Positions 1 through 9,625 of a DNA stretch of 32,000 nt are shown one piece after another. The notes beneath the pieces were generated by a model that was not told where the DNA came from, did not search any database, and saw only the letters and a program-made list of their open reading frames with translations. This DNA is from Wigglesworthia glossinidia endosymbiont of Glossina brevipalpis. GTDB lineage: Bacteria; Pseudomonadota; Gammaproteobacteria; Enterobacterales; Enterobacteriaceae. How positions within the stretch are numbered: position 1 is the stretch's first letter; every line of letters begins with the position of its first letter. The DNA is taken from NCBI GenBank assembly GCA_000008885.1, contig BA000021.3, forward strand, positions 60,001-92,000. Direction: 5' to 3'. A program made the position numbers and the translations under genes.

Positions 1-384
1 ATTTTCTATAAATTCAAAAATTTTATTTAAATTAATATTTTTTTTATCAAAATTAAATTTTTTATTTTCTTTTATATTTTTATCAAAAAATTTTGATTTA
101 TCAATAAATTTAATGAATTCATAAAAATCATATTTAATATCATCAGATATATCATTTATCTCTTTATATCCTTCTAATTTGTTTTGAGCATTTTTATCCA
201 TTTCATTTTTTTTAAAAATTGTTTCTATTTTATATTTTAATTCATCAATTGAATTTAAATTTTCTGATTTAATTAAAATATTATTTAAAATATTTAAAAA
301 ATTTGAATCAAAAAATAAATTATTATTATATTGAAATTCATTTTTCACATTATTTTGATAATTATCATCGTCAATGAGTATCAC
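1..384 (-). CDS. Partial ORF in fliK position, possibly flagellar hook-length control protein FliK N-terminus (runs off window start)
   Basis: Manual reverse-strand translation gives 128 uninterrupted codons from a GTG at 384 (MILIDDDNYQNNVKNEFQYNNNLFFDSNFLNILNNILIKSENLNSIDELKYKIETIFKKNEMDKNAQNKLEG...). The GTG overlaps the fliJ TGA stop (381-383), and fliK follows fliJ in the enterobacterial operon. No clear sequence homology by eye. Confidence 0.55.
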   Translation of the reverse strand, partial: MILIDDDNYQNNVKNEFQYNNNLFFDSNFLNILNNILIKSENLNSIDELKYKIETIFKKNEMDKNAQNKLEGYKEINDISDDIKYDFYEFIKFIDKSKFFDKNIKENKKFNFDKKNINLNKIFEFIEN

Positions 385-833
385 GATTTAATGCCTCTTA
401 TGTACATTTTTGAAGATATTTCATCCATTTGTTTTTGTAAAATACGATTTTTCAAAGTACGTTTATTTATTTTATGTCTAATTTTTAATATATCAAATGC
501 ATTTAATTTTTTTTTCTCTTTTTTCCAATTATTTAATTCTATATTTAATTTTATTTTACTTTTTTTTACTTGTTCTTTATGATGATTTATTAAATTATAT
601 AAACATGTAATAAAAGATTGGTAATTAGTCCAAACATTAATATCTATAGATCTTATTTTCATTTTTTTTTTCAAAAAATTTCTATATTCTCTTTCGTAAT
701 ATATTATTTTATTTAATTTTTCTAATTCTAATTGATATATAAATCTAGCTTTTTTCAATTTATACGATGATTTAATAAAATATAAATTAGAATATTTATT
801 TAAAATATTAATAGTAAATTCTGAAGTAACCAT
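381..833 (-). CDS. fliJ: Flagellar export protein FliJ
   Basis: 150 aa, coiled-coil/charged composition, immediately downstream of fliI (4 bp gap); position matches the fliFGHIJK operon. Confidence 0.75.
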   Translation of the reverse strand: MVTSEFTINILNKYSNLYFIKSSYKLKKARFIYQLELEKLNKIIYYEREYRNFLKKKMKIRSIDINVWTNYQSFITCLYNLINHHKEQVKKSKIKLNIELNNWKKEKKKLNAFDILKIRHKINKRTLKNRILQKQMDEISSKMYIRGIKS

Positions 834-837
834 ATGT

Positions 838-2214
838 TTATATGTTAAAGTTATTAGAGCACAAATTATTTAACTGTAAGCATGATTCTTCATATGAACA
901 ACTTTGGTTCAAATCCTGTTTTAGATACTTTTCTATTTTAGGATAATTTTTTATTGCTATATCTAAAATCGGATCGCTACCAGAAGAATATGCTCCAACT
1001 GATAATAAATCTCTATTTTTTTGATAACTAGAAATTAACTGTTTTACTTTTTGTACGCACTTAAAATGACTTTCTGTTACTATATTAGACATAGTTCTAC
1101 TTATAGAAGATTCTATATCTATAGAAGGATAATGACCTGATTCTGATAAAAATCTAGACAAAACTATATGACCGTCTAAAATTGATCTAGAAGAATCTGC
1201 AATAGGATCTTGTTGATCATCTCCTTCAGTTAATACAGTGTAAAAAGCTGTGATTGATCCTTTATTATCTGTTCCATTTCCTGTTCTTTCTACTAATTCT
1301 GATAATTTTGCAAATACAGAAGGAGGATACCCTTTTGTTGCTGGAGGTTCCCCTATTGCTAAACTTATTTCCCTTTGAGCCATTGCATATCTAGTTAAAG
1401 AATCCATTATTAAAAGCACATGCTTGCCTTTATCTCTAAAATATTCTGCGATTCTAGTTGCATAAATAGCTCCTTGTATTCTCAACATAGGCGAAACATC
1501 TGCAGGAGCAGCTATTACTACAGATCTAGATATTCCTTTTTCTCCAAGAATATTTTCAATAAAATCTTTTACTTCTCTTCCTCGTTCTCCAATTAGGCCT
1601 ACCACTATAATATCTGCTTTAGTGTATTTTGCCATCATTCCTAAAAGGATACTTTTTCCTACTCCAGACCCAGAAAAAATACCCATTCTTTGCCCTATTC
1701 CTACTGTTAATAATCCATTTATTGCTCTTACCCCTACGTCTAAAACTTTTTTTATAGGATCTCTCAACAAAGGATTTATTGGTTTTGTATATAAAGATTT
1801 TTTTTTATATGTTTTAGGAACAGGTAATTTATCTAAAAATTTTCCTGAGCTGTTTAAAACTCTTCCCAACAAAGAATATCCAATTGGTAATAGTCTAGTA
1901 GATATTTTACTATTGTATAAATCTTGAGAATGTACTCTTGCTCCTGGACATATTCCATCTACTCCTTCTAAAGGCATTAAAAACAAATTTTGACCATTAA
2001 ATCCAACAACTTCACATTCAATATTCGTAATTGAATTTTCTTCTTTTTTTTCAATAAAACATGTAGATCCAATTGGTAATTGCAGTCCTATTGCTTCCAT
2101 AACCATTCCAGTTGCTCTTACTAATTTACCATATTGAAAATAATCTGGAATATCATAAATTAAACTTTCCTTATGATTTATTTTATCAATCCATCTTTTT
2201 AATTGTAAAGTCAT
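838..2214 (-). CDS. fliI: Flagellum-specific ATP synthase FliI
   Basis: 458 aa; Walker [54 protein letters not shown]; ATGA overlap with fliH. Confidence 0.97.
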   Translation of the reverse strand: MTLQLKRWIDKINHKESLIYDIPDYFQYGKLVRATGMVMEAIGLQLPIGSTCFIEKKEENSITNIECEVVGFNGQNLFLMPLEGVDGICPGARVHSQDLYNSKISTRLLPIGYSLLGRVLNSSGKFLDKLPVPKTYKKKSLYTKPINPLLRDPIKKVLDVGVRAINGLLTVGIGQRMGIFSGSGVGKSILLGMMAKYTKADIIVVGLIGERGREVKDFIENILGEKGISRSVVIAAPADVSPMLRIQGAIYATRIAEYFRDKGKHVLLIMDSLTRYAMAQREISLAIGEPPATKGYPPSVFAKLSELVERTGNGTDNKGSITAFYTVLTEGDDQQDPIADSSRSILDGHIVLSRFLSESGHYPSIDIESSISRTMSNIVTESHFKCVQKVKQLISSYQKNRDLLSVGAYSSGSDPILDIAIKNYPKIEKYLKQDLNQSCSYEESCLQLNNLCSNNFNI

Positions 2215-2882
2215 GTAGTATTATCTTCTTTTAAAATTTGACAAATTTTTTTCCATCTAGATTCAAGAGTAGCATCTATCTCTCCATTTTCAGACATAAT
2301 TCGCAATCCACCTCTAAGTAATTGACTATCTCCTAAAATTCGCCATCCTTGATCTTTTAAAGTATCACCTAAATTATTTTTTAAAACATTTATGTCGTCC
2401 GGATGCACATATATACTCAAATTATTACCTAAAAAATTTTTATTATGTAATAATTTTTGTGTTTCTTTTAAAATAACTTTAGTATTGCATAATGGGGATT
2501 GCTTAATAATTTTTTCTGATATTTTTATTGCAATTTGCATGATTTTTGATGGGATAACAGAATCTAATCCTATCAAACTTGACTTTAATTCAACAAGAAA
2601 TTTTTCTATTTGTAAAATTTTTTTTTTCTTTTCATTTTTTATTTCTATCAAGCCTTTTTCAAAACCTTTTTTGTATCCAATTTCTTTTCCTTCTTTATAT
2701 CCAGACTCAAAACCAATTTTTTCATAATTTAAATTTTCATCTTTTTGTTGTTTTTCTTTATCATCTTTAATTTTTATATTTTTTTTGATTTCTAATTTAT
2801 TAGAACAAGATTTTCCGAAATCTATTAGCGTCAATTTTGACCAATTAAATTTATTTAAGTGATCAGACATAGCTTTCTCCAT
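2211..2882 (-). CDS. fliH: Flagellar assembly protein FliH
   Basis: 223 aa; [17 protein letters not shown] repeat-like N-terminal region and C-terminal [20 protein letters not shown]; between fliI and fliG. Confidence 0.9.
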   Translation of the reverse strand: MEKAMSDHLNKFNWSKLTLIDFGKSCSNKLEIKKNIKIKDDKEKQQKDENLNYEKIGFESGYKEGKEIGYKKGFEKGLIEIKNEKKKKILQIEKFLVELKSSLIGLDSVIPSKIMQIAIKISEKIIKQSPLCNTKVILKETQKLLHNKNFLGNNLSIYVHPDDINVLKNNLGDTLKDQGWRILGDSQLLRGGLRIMSENGEIDATLESRWKKICQILKEDNTT

Positions 2883-3849
2883 CTTGATTTATTGATATTT
2901 CATCTGAATCAGATAATTTTCTTATTATTTCTAATATTTTTTTTCTTTCTGACTCTACTCGTGATATTTTTACTGGTTTGCTTAAATTCAAATCTTCTCT
3001 TAAAATTTCTGCTTGACGTTGAGACATATTATTTAATAATTTATCTATTAGTTCTTTTTTGCAACCTTTTAATGCAATTATTAAAGAATCATTCTCTACT
3101 TCTCTTAATATACGCTGCAAACTTTGATCATCTAAAGATTGTAAGTTATCAAATATAAACATTTTTTTAACTATCTTTTCTGTAAGATCTTTATCTATTT
3201 TCCTCATAGATTCAATAGTTTTTTCTTGTCTAGATTGCATGTAATTTAATATATCTGCTGCTGGTTTTATACCTCCTTGATTTCCTTGATATGTACTGCT
3301 ATTATAAATTAAATCATTTAATGATAGTGTTAATTCTTTCATTATAGACGGAGTTAATTTAGATAAATTTGCTATTCTTATTATTATATCTCTACAAATA
3401 TCTTCATCAAATTTAGATAAAACTTCAGCTGCTATATTTCTTTTTAACAAAGACAAAGTTACAGATATTATTTGTGGATGTTCATCTTTTATGATAGAAA
3501 AAATAATATCTGAACTCATATTTTTTAATGCGTCTATTCCATTATAATTTTTAGACCCTTTAAAATTAATATCTTCTAGAATTAGAATAGCTTTGTCTTC
3601 TCCAAACGCATTACTTAAAGTTAACTTTAAATAATCATAACATTCTATTTCCGGACTAATAAAATTTTCTGCGTCATTGTGAAAATTATCTAAAACTAAT
3701 TTCAGATCAGATTTAGAATAAATACCCAATTTGATTATTTTTTTACTAATAAATTCTATCTCTTCGTTAGTTAGGTGCTTAAAAACTGAAGAAGCTCTTT
3801 TTTCTCCAAGAGCTAGCATAATAATTGCGCTTTTTTTGTTTGCATTCAT
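2863..3849 (-). CDS. fliG: Flagellar motor switch protein FliG
   Basis: Track ORF 2863..3876; internal Met at 3849 (MNANKKSAIIMLALGEKRASSVFKHL) fits the conserved FliG N-terminus and abuts the fliF stop. Contains ALKGCKKELIDKLLNNMSQRQAEILREDL. Confidence 0.95.
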   Translation of the reverse strand: MNANKKSAIIMLALGEKRASSVFKHLTNEEIEFISKKIIKLGIYSKSDLKLVLDNFHNDAENFISPEIECYDYLKLTLSNAFGEDKAILILEDINFKGSKNYNGIDALKNMSSDIIFSIIKDEHPQIISVTLSLLKRNIAAEVLSKFDEDICRDIIIRIANLSKLTPSIMKELTLSLNDLIYNSSTYQGNQGGIKPAADILNYMQSRQEKTIESMRKIDKDLTEKIVKKMFIFDNLQSLDDQSLQRILREVENDSLIIALKGCKKELIDKLLNNMSQRQAEILREDLNLSKPVKISRVESERKKILEIIRKLSDSDEISINQDGESYV

Positions 3850-5555
3850 AATATATTTTGTTCTTTTTTTATCCACTGACTTATAATTTTTGCAACTAAT
3901 TTTGGTTGTTTGTCAGCAATTTCTTGTAATTTTTTAATACTGTTTTCTGTATATATAGAAATATTTTCTTCTTCATTAATTTTTTTATTTATTTCATTAT
4001 TTTTTTCATTTACAATTGAATTGTTTTTTTCTTGAAAAGATTTTTTATCAATTTTATTTTTTAATTGATTTTGTTCGCTTGTTTTCCATATTTTAATAAA
4101 TTTATTAATAAATAGCCACATTAATGCAAAAGACAAAATATATTTTATTAAGCTTATAAAGATATTTTGTATTCTAATATTTTCCCAAAAAGGTATATTG
4201 AAAATTTCATCTTTTTTATTTACAAAATTTGCATTAACAACATCAAGTGTATCATTTCTTTCTTCTGAATATCCCATTACTTCTTTAATTAAAGAAGTTA
4301 TTTCTTGCATTTCTTTTTCTTCAAAATTAATTTGATTGCCCTTTTGGTCTTCTTTTTTATTTATAACAACTGCAACAGATAATCTTTTTAAAATACCTGT
4401 AGAAAATTTGCTATGAGTTAAAGTACGATCTATTTCATAATTTATAATTTTTTCTTTTTGAACATTATTTGGTTTCTCGACTTTTGAACTTGAATTATTT
4501 TTTTTATCAATTTCTTTTTCGCTTTCAGCGTCTTTATCTATTTCTTCATTTTCTTCATCAATATTTGCAGATGAAACTTGAGATGGTTGATTGCTCAGCG
4601 CTCCAGGAACTCCTTCTGCTACTTGTGAAAAATTATTATTTTCTGTTATTTGTTGACTTCTTATAGACATTTCATTCGGATTAGTATTAGGTTTGTGTTT
4701 TTCTGATGTTTGTTCTGTTTTAGTGAAATCTATTTGAGCAGTAACTTCAGCTTTTACATTATTAAATCCTACTATTGGAATAAGAATTTCTTCGATTCTT
4801 CTACGATACTCAAGCTCAATATCTTTAATATATTGTAATTGTGTAATATTTTTATCGTCGTTGTTATTATCTGGATAAGCTAATAGTTTTCCATAATTAT
4901 CAACTAAAACTATATTACTTACAGGTAGATTTGGAACTGTTCCCGATACTAACCATCTAATTGCTTGAATCTCATTTTTATCTAAAGTTCTTCCTGCATG
5001 TAAACCTAATGTTATAGAAGCACTGGATGGCTTATTATCTCTTATAAATACTGAGCTTTTTGGAATTGCAATATGAACACGAGCAGATTTAATAGAATTT
5101 ATTGTTTCTATAGTACGTGCTATTTCTCCTTCTAAAGCTCTTTGATAATTAATATTTTCGTTAAATTGACTAATTCCAAAACTAGAATTATCCAATATCT
5201 CAAATCCAATTGATCCTCCTTTTGGTAAATTTTTTTGAGCTAGCAAAAACCTAGTTTCATATATTTTATCTTCTGGAACCATTATAGATCCATTGTTTTT
5301 AGAAAATTTATAAGGAATGTTTAAAGTAGATAGTTCTGAAATTATGTCTCCACTGTCTTGATCACTAATGTTAGTATAAAGTACTTGATAATTAGAAGAT
5401 TGCAACCAAGTTATTAGTACTATAGATAAAGCTATCCCTATAACTCCAAAAGATAAAAGTAAATATTTTGGGTTATAAAATATTTTTTTTAAAACACTTA
5501 TTAAGTATTCGGCAGGTTTAGACCTTATCCCTGCAGATAAAACGTTCATTAACAA
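3846..5555 (-). CDS. fliF: Flagellar MS-ring protein FliF
   Basis: 569 aa; YQVLYTNISDQDSGDIISELSTLNIPYKF, GSIGFEILDNSSFGISQFNENINYQRALEGEIARTIETINSIKSARVHIAIPK; two hydrophobic segments. Confidence 0.97.
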   Translation of the reverse strand: MLMNVLSAGIRSKPAEYLISVLKKIFYNPKYLLLSFGVIGIALSIVLITWLQSSNYQVLYTNISDQDSGDIISELSTLNIPYKFSKNNGSIMVPEDKIYETRFLLAQKNLPKGGSIGFEILDNSSFGISQFNENINYQRALEGEIARTIETINSIKSARVHIAIPKSSVFIRDNKPSSASITLGLHAGRTLDKNEIQAIRWLVSGTVPNLPVSNIVLVDNYGKLLAYPDNNNDDKNITQLQYIKDIELEYRRRIEEILIPIVGFNNVKAEVTAQIDFTKTEQTSEKHKPNTNPNEMSIRSQQITENNNFSQVAEGVPGALSNQPSQVSSANIDEENEEIDKDAESEKEIDKKNNSSSKVEKPNNVQKEKIINYEIDRTLTHSKFSTGILKRLSVAVVINKKEDQKGNQINFEEKEMQEITSLIKEVMGYSEERNDTLDVVNANFVNKKDEIFNIPFWENIRIQNIFISLIKYILSFALMWLFINKFIKIWKTSEQNQLKNKIDKKSFQEKNNSIVNEKNNEINKKINEEENISIYTENSIKKLQEIADKQPKLVAKIISQWIKKEQNIL

Positions 5556-5796
5556 TTCCTGAAGTTGTAAAATTAATTAAAAGAAGAAGAGAACTAAAAA
5601 TAAATTATATATTTAAAATTCTTGTTTAGAAAATTTTAATAATTATTTCATAAAAAAATTTTTTTGATAGGAAAAAAAACAAGTTTTTTTAACGTTAATT
5701 TTTTCAATTTAGTTATTATTTAATAAGTTATCATAAGAAAATAATACTTTTGAAAATTTTAAATATATTTTAAAAATTATTTGCAAAGGAAATAAA

Positions 5797-6126
5797 ATGA
5801 ATATTTATTCAAATCAAAATAAAATTTTAGAAAAATTCAATGAAATTAAATTAAATATGAATGTTATTAAAGATTCAAACATTGAAAATTTAAGCAAACA
5901 AAGTGTTGTTTTTTCAGATATTTTTGAAAAAAATATTAAAAAAATAAACTCTAATATAATAAATTCGGAGAATTTATCAAAAGAATTTTTACTTGGAAAG
6001 TCAAATGTTGGAATAAACGAAGTTATGATAGAAATGCAAAAATCAGCTATTTCTTTAAATTTTGGAATTCAAGTAAACAATAAAATTGTAGGTGCTTATC
6101 AAGAAATTATGAATATGTCTATTTGA
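5797..6126 (+). CDS. fliE: Flagellar hook-basal body protein FliE
   Basis: 109 aa; C-terminal NVGINEVMIEMQKSAISLNFGIQVNNKIVGAYQEIMNMSI typical of FliE; divergent from fliF. Confidence 0.92.
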   Translation: MNIYSNQNKILEKFNEIKLNMNVIKDSNIENLSKQSVVFSDIFEKNIKKINSNIINSENLSKEFLLGKSNVGINEVMIEMQKSAISLNFGIQVNNKIVGAYQEIMNMSI

Positions 6127-6159
6127 TTAGAAAATAAAATTTTAATTAATTTAATTACA

Positions 6160-6552
6160 TTATTTTTTTATCTTTTTCCATGCGCTAGAAATATTTTTTA
6201 TAATACAATTTACATGTTTTAGTTTTTCTACATTATTTTCTATGTTTGCTTCTAATAAAGTCTTAATGGAGTACATGTATATAAATTTTAAATCATCAAC
6301 TATAGAAGAATTTATTTTAGAATTTAACGCAGGAATTAATCCTGATTCAATAATAGAAATTGATTTAGAAATTTCTCTACCTTTCATTGGAATATTTTTA
6401 TTTTCTATCCAAAATATAGATTTTTTTAAAGAAATATGTAAATTTTCAAATATTATTTTGATCAATTCATATGGATTAGAAAATAGTATTTTTTCTTCTA
6501 AACAATCTTTATTTATATTATTATATTTTTTTAAAGCATCTAATTCAAACAT
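6160..6552 (-). CDS. fliS: Flagellar export chaperone FliS
   Basis: 130 aa; NPYELIKIIFENLHISLKK, NKIPMKGREISKSISIIESGLIPALN; downstream of fliD as in enterics. Confidence 0.85.
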   Translation of the reverse strand: MFELDALKKYNNINKDCLEEKILFSNPYELIKIIFENLHISLKKSIFWIENKNIPMKGREISKSISIIESGLIPALNSKINSSIVDDLKFIYMYSIKTLLEANIENNVEKLKHVNCIIKNISSAWKKIKK

Positions 6553-6577
6553 TTTAAATATCCATATATTAAAATTT

Positions 6578-8095
6578 TTAATTTTTATTATTAGAAAATA
6601 AAGCGCTTAATTGCTTTCTAATATAATCTGTCTTACTCATAAATAAATCTAATTTCTTAAATTGTTCTTTGTACATATTTATTTTATTGTATGATAACAT
6701 TTCGCTTTTTTCTATTTCTTTATTTATTATTTTCTTTTGTTTATTAAGATTATTTATTTCGCTAATAATACTTTTATTAGAATTTATCGTTCCTTTTTTG
6801 TATATATTATCTTCAATAAAGCTAGAAATATCACTAATAAAATTACTTTTTAAGAAAAAGTTTCTTAAATTTTTCCAGTTATTTTGCATATTTTTTATTA
6901 ATTTATCGTTATCTAAAATTAGATTTCCATTTTTAGGATTTATTTTAATACCTACATCTTCTATGAAGATTATATTTTTATTTTTATAATCATCAAAATT
7001 TTTTCTTATCAAAAATTTTAATTTATTTGTTATATTATTTAGCAAATAATCTCCTATAAAAGGACCAATGTTGTATAACAATTTGTCATTTCTCTTTTGA
7101 TAAGGAGAAATAGATTTTTCATTTATCTCAAATTCTCTTAATTTATTTGACTCATTAATAAAAAGATTAAAAGATTTTACAAAATCTTTAAAAAATTTTA
7201 AAAATTTTTCTTTATTAAAGTAGAAAGATAAAGTTTCTCCGTCTTCTAAGTTTTTAGAAGATTCTTTTGATGTTTTTTTTAAATTTAAAGTAACATTTTT
7301 TAATACGTCTCTTATAATATTTGTTTTTCTATAATATAAATTATTATCTACTTTTATTATAGAGTTATCAGATCTTTGTATTTCTTCTAATTTAGGTTCG
7401 TTAAAATTTTTATTTTCTTTTTTGTATTCTAGTTTAGATTTTTCATTAACATTTTCGTTATAAGGGAAACATAGCATTCTATTTAGTTTTTCATCTCCTT
7501 CAACATGTATATTAATTTTACCTTCTTCTCCTAATATATTTGAGGTTAATATTAATCTATTTTTGTTTTTTAGTCCTATTTTTTTTATCTCTGCTTTTAT
7601 TTTAGCTCCGGATTGATTTATTGCTTTTTCTATTCCTCTTAATGAGGATTCACTTCTTTTTATTTTTATAACAGTATTATTTTTTAATCCTGGTTTTATT
7701 TCTTTTCCATGAATTATATTAATGTACCTTATCGGTTCTTTATTGCCTAATATTTCATTCATACTTTTAGGTACAGATAACGATAAAACATGCTTCTTAG
7801 CCAATTGTATTACTTTTATTTTATGAGATCCATAAAAATCATTACTTACTGCTTTAAAACATTCATTATCGCTTGATTTGAGAAAGGAAAAAGATTTTTC
7901 TCCTAAATTATTTAATTTATCAGATAAATTTTGTAACAAAAAGTTTATTTTCCCCCATGAACTAATTTTATAACTTATCTTATCTTCTTTTAGCTTTATA
8001 TTATTTATTTTATGGGTTTCTATTTCTTCTATTTTTTTTATTAGCTCTGCTGTAGCTCCTTGAGAGCTTATTCCTAACATAGATATTTCGTTCAT
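6578..8095 (-). CDS. fliD: Flagellar hook-associated protein 2 (filament cap) FliD
   Basis: 505 aa; N-terminal ISMLGISSQGATAELIKKIEEIE, LVLTSNILGEEGKINI-like segment; divergent from fliC and upstream of fliS. Confidence 0.88.
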   Translation of the reverse strand: MNEISMLGISSQGATAELIKKIEEIETHKINNIKLKEDKISYKISSWGKINFLLQNLSDKLNNLGEKSFSFLKSSDNECFKAVSNDFYGSHKIKVIQLAKKHVLSLSVPKSMNEILGNKEPIRYINIIHGKEIKPGLKNNTVIKIKRSESSLRGIEKAINQSGAKIKAEIKKIGLKNKNRLILTSNILGEEGKINIHVEGDEKLNRMLCFPYNENVNEKSKLEYKKENKNFNEPKLEEIQRSDNSIIKVDNNLYYRKTNIIRDVLKNVTLNLKKTSKESSKNLEDGETLSFYFNKEKFLKFFKDFVKSFNLFINESNKLREFEINEKSISPYQKRNDKLLYNIGPFIGDYLLNNITNKLKFLIRKNFDDYKNKNIIFIEDVGIKINPKNGNLILDNDKLIKNMQNNWKNLRNFFLKSNFISDISSFIEDNIYKKGTINSNKSIISEINNLNKQKKIINKEIEKSEMLSYNKINMYKEQFKKLDLFMSKTDYIRKQLSALFSNNKN

Positions 8096-8213
8096 ACAAT
8101 ACCTTAATTTAAAACAGTTTAATTTTTATTTATAGGTTAATTTTTATTAAAGATTAAAAAATGAAAAAATTTTTATATAAAACAAATTTAATTAATCAAT
8201 TATTATATTTTCC

Positions 8214-8240
8214 TAAAGCTTTGCTATTATAGGCCGATAT
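8214..8240 (+). promoter_or_regulatory. Sigma-28 (FliA) promoter of fliC
   Basis: TAAAGCTT (8214-8221), 11 nt spacer, GCCGATAT (8233-8240) versus the enteric FliA consensus TAAAGTTT-N11-GCCGATAA; about 58 nt upstream of the fliC ATG. Confidence 0.92.
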
Positions 8241-8297
8241 CCCTATCGTAATATAAATAGTTCAATTGGAAATAAATTAAAATAAGGAGCATTTTAC

Positions 8298-9563
8298 ATG
8301 TCTCATGTGATTAACACTAATATTTTATCTATAACTGCACAGAATAACCTTAATAAATCCCAGTCCTATTTAAATACTTCAATCCAAAGGCTATCTTCTG
8401 GATTGAGAATTAATAGTTCTAAAGATGATGCAGCAGGACAAGCTATTAGTAACAGATTTACTTCTTTAATTAATGGACTCGGACAAGCTGCTAGAAACGC
8501 TAATGATGGAATAGCAGTATCTCAAACTGCAGAGGGAGCTATAAACGAAATTAATGAAAATATGCACGCAATTCGTAGACTTACTGTACAGATCAAATCT
8601 ACAGCTTCCGTATCTAAAGCAGATAAAAAATCTATTCAAGATGAAATTAAAAAACGTTTAAGCGAAATTGATAGATTATCAGATCAAACAGAATTTAATG
8701 GAATGAAAATTCTTAGTGAAGATCAAGATCTAGTAGTGCAAATAGGAGCAAATGACGGACAAGTAGTAAGAATTAATTTGTTTAAATTAAATACAGAAGC
8801 TTTAAAAATAAAAAATTTTAATGTTAATTCAGATTCTTTATATTCTTCTGACATTTTAGAAGACGATGTAAAATCTGTAAAAGTTGGAATTGAAATAAAA
8901 AGCACAGTAGATTCTAGCTCTGCAACTAAAAACGAAGTACAACGTCAACTATATGAATCAAAAGGAGAATACTTTTTTAAGCAAGTTAATGGAAATGAAT
9001 ATTATAAAGCATCGGAAATATCTAAAGATGGAGTAGCAACTTATGATTCATCTTCTCCTGCCACATTAGACGAAGCTCCTAAGCTTGCAAAAAAAGCTCA
9101 AATATCAATTGATGTTGACGAAAAATACTTAGGGATCGGAGAAAGCATAAAAGCTTACGTCAAAGACGGTGTACAAAATTACCTTATTTCTTCAGAAGAA
9201 GATGGTGAAAAGGTTTATAGAGAAGCAATTATTAATTCTTCAGGTGAAATTAGAAAAGGATCAGAGTTAAATTTTTCAATGTTTTTAACAATGGATCCAT
9301 TGAAAGAAATAGACAATGCAATTGCTAAAATAGATGATATACGCGGATCTTTAGGAGCCACTCAAAATAGATTAAGTTCTGTAATTAACAGCTTAAGCAC
9401 CACTATAGCAAATCTTACTCAATCAAGATCTAACATATTAGATGCAGATTTTGCAACAGAAGTATCCAATATGAATCGTGCAAATATTTTACAACAAGCC
9501 GGAACAGCCGTTCTAGCCCAAGCAAATGCAGTACCTCAAAATATTTTAGCTTTATTAAGATAA
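8298..9563 (+). CDS. fliC: Flagellin FliC
   Basis: 421 aa; N-terminal D0/D1 NTNILSITAQNNLNKSQSYLNTSIQRLSSGLRINSSKDDAAGQAISNRF and C-terminal ADFATEVSNMNRANILQQAGTAVLAQANAVPQNILALLR; AAGGAG ribosome binding site just upstream. Confidence 0.99.
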   Translation: MSHVINTNILSITAQNNLNKSQSYLNTSIQRLSSGLRINSSKDDAAGQAISNRFTSLINGLGQAARNANDGIAVSQTAEGAINEINENMHAIRRLTVQIKSTASVSKADKKSIQDEIKKRLSEIDRLSDQTEFNGMKILSEDQDLVVQIGANDGQVVRINLFKLNTEALKIKNFNVNSDSLYSSDILEDDVKSVKVGIEIKSTVDSSSATKNEVQRQLYESKGEYFFKQVNGNEYYKASEISKDGVATYDSSSPATLDEAPKLAKKAQISIDVDEKYLGIGESIKAYVKDGVQNYLISSEEDGEKVYREAIINSSGEIRKGSELNFSMFLTMDPLKEIDNAIAKIDDIRGSLGATQNRLSSVINSLSTTIANLTQSRSNILDADFATEVSNMNRANILQQAGTAVLAQANAVPQNILALLR

Positions 9564-9581
9564 TATAATTAATAAAAATAT

Positions 9582-9610
9582 GGCTCGATTTTATATCGAG
9601 CCGTTATTAT
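9582..9610 (+). terminator. Intrinsic terminator after fliC
   Basis: Perfect 8 bp stem GGCTCGAT / ATCGAGCC with a 5 nt loop, followed by T-rich GTTATTATTTT; lies between convergent fliC and trhO and may act in both directions. Confidence 0.85.
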
Positions 9611-9625
9611 TTTAATAATAATAAA

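Noticed and set aside
331-582. Plus-strand track ORF (83 aa), Phe/Leu/Ile-rich
   Set aside because: Antisense to fliJ and the fliK-position ORF; composition is that of complemented Lys/Asn-rich coding DNA.
1622-3158. Plus-strand track ORFs 1622..1927, 2392..2727, 2579..2770, 2859..3158
   Set aside because: All antisense within the well-supported fliI, fliH and fliG genes, with no recognisable family motifs.
4469-4666. Plus-strand 65 aa ORF
   Set aside because: Antisense to fliF low-complexity linker; composition artefact.
5556-5796. FlhDC-type binding site in the fliF/fliE divergent region
   Set aside because: Consensus is too degenerate to support by eye in AT-rich sequence.
6242-6989. 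Plus-strand ORFs 6242..6601 (119 aa) and 6669..6989 (106 aa)
   Set aside because: Antisense to fliS and fliD; the 119 aa length was checked because it spans most of fliS but the FliS frame has recognisable motifs and this one does not.
8096-8200. Search for a second sigma-28 promoter driving fliD on the minus strand
   Set aside because: No GCCGATAA-like -10 with a TAAA -35 at 11 nt spacing was found by eye.
8723-8905. Minus-strand 60 aa ORF
   Set aside because: Antisense within fliC; no motif.
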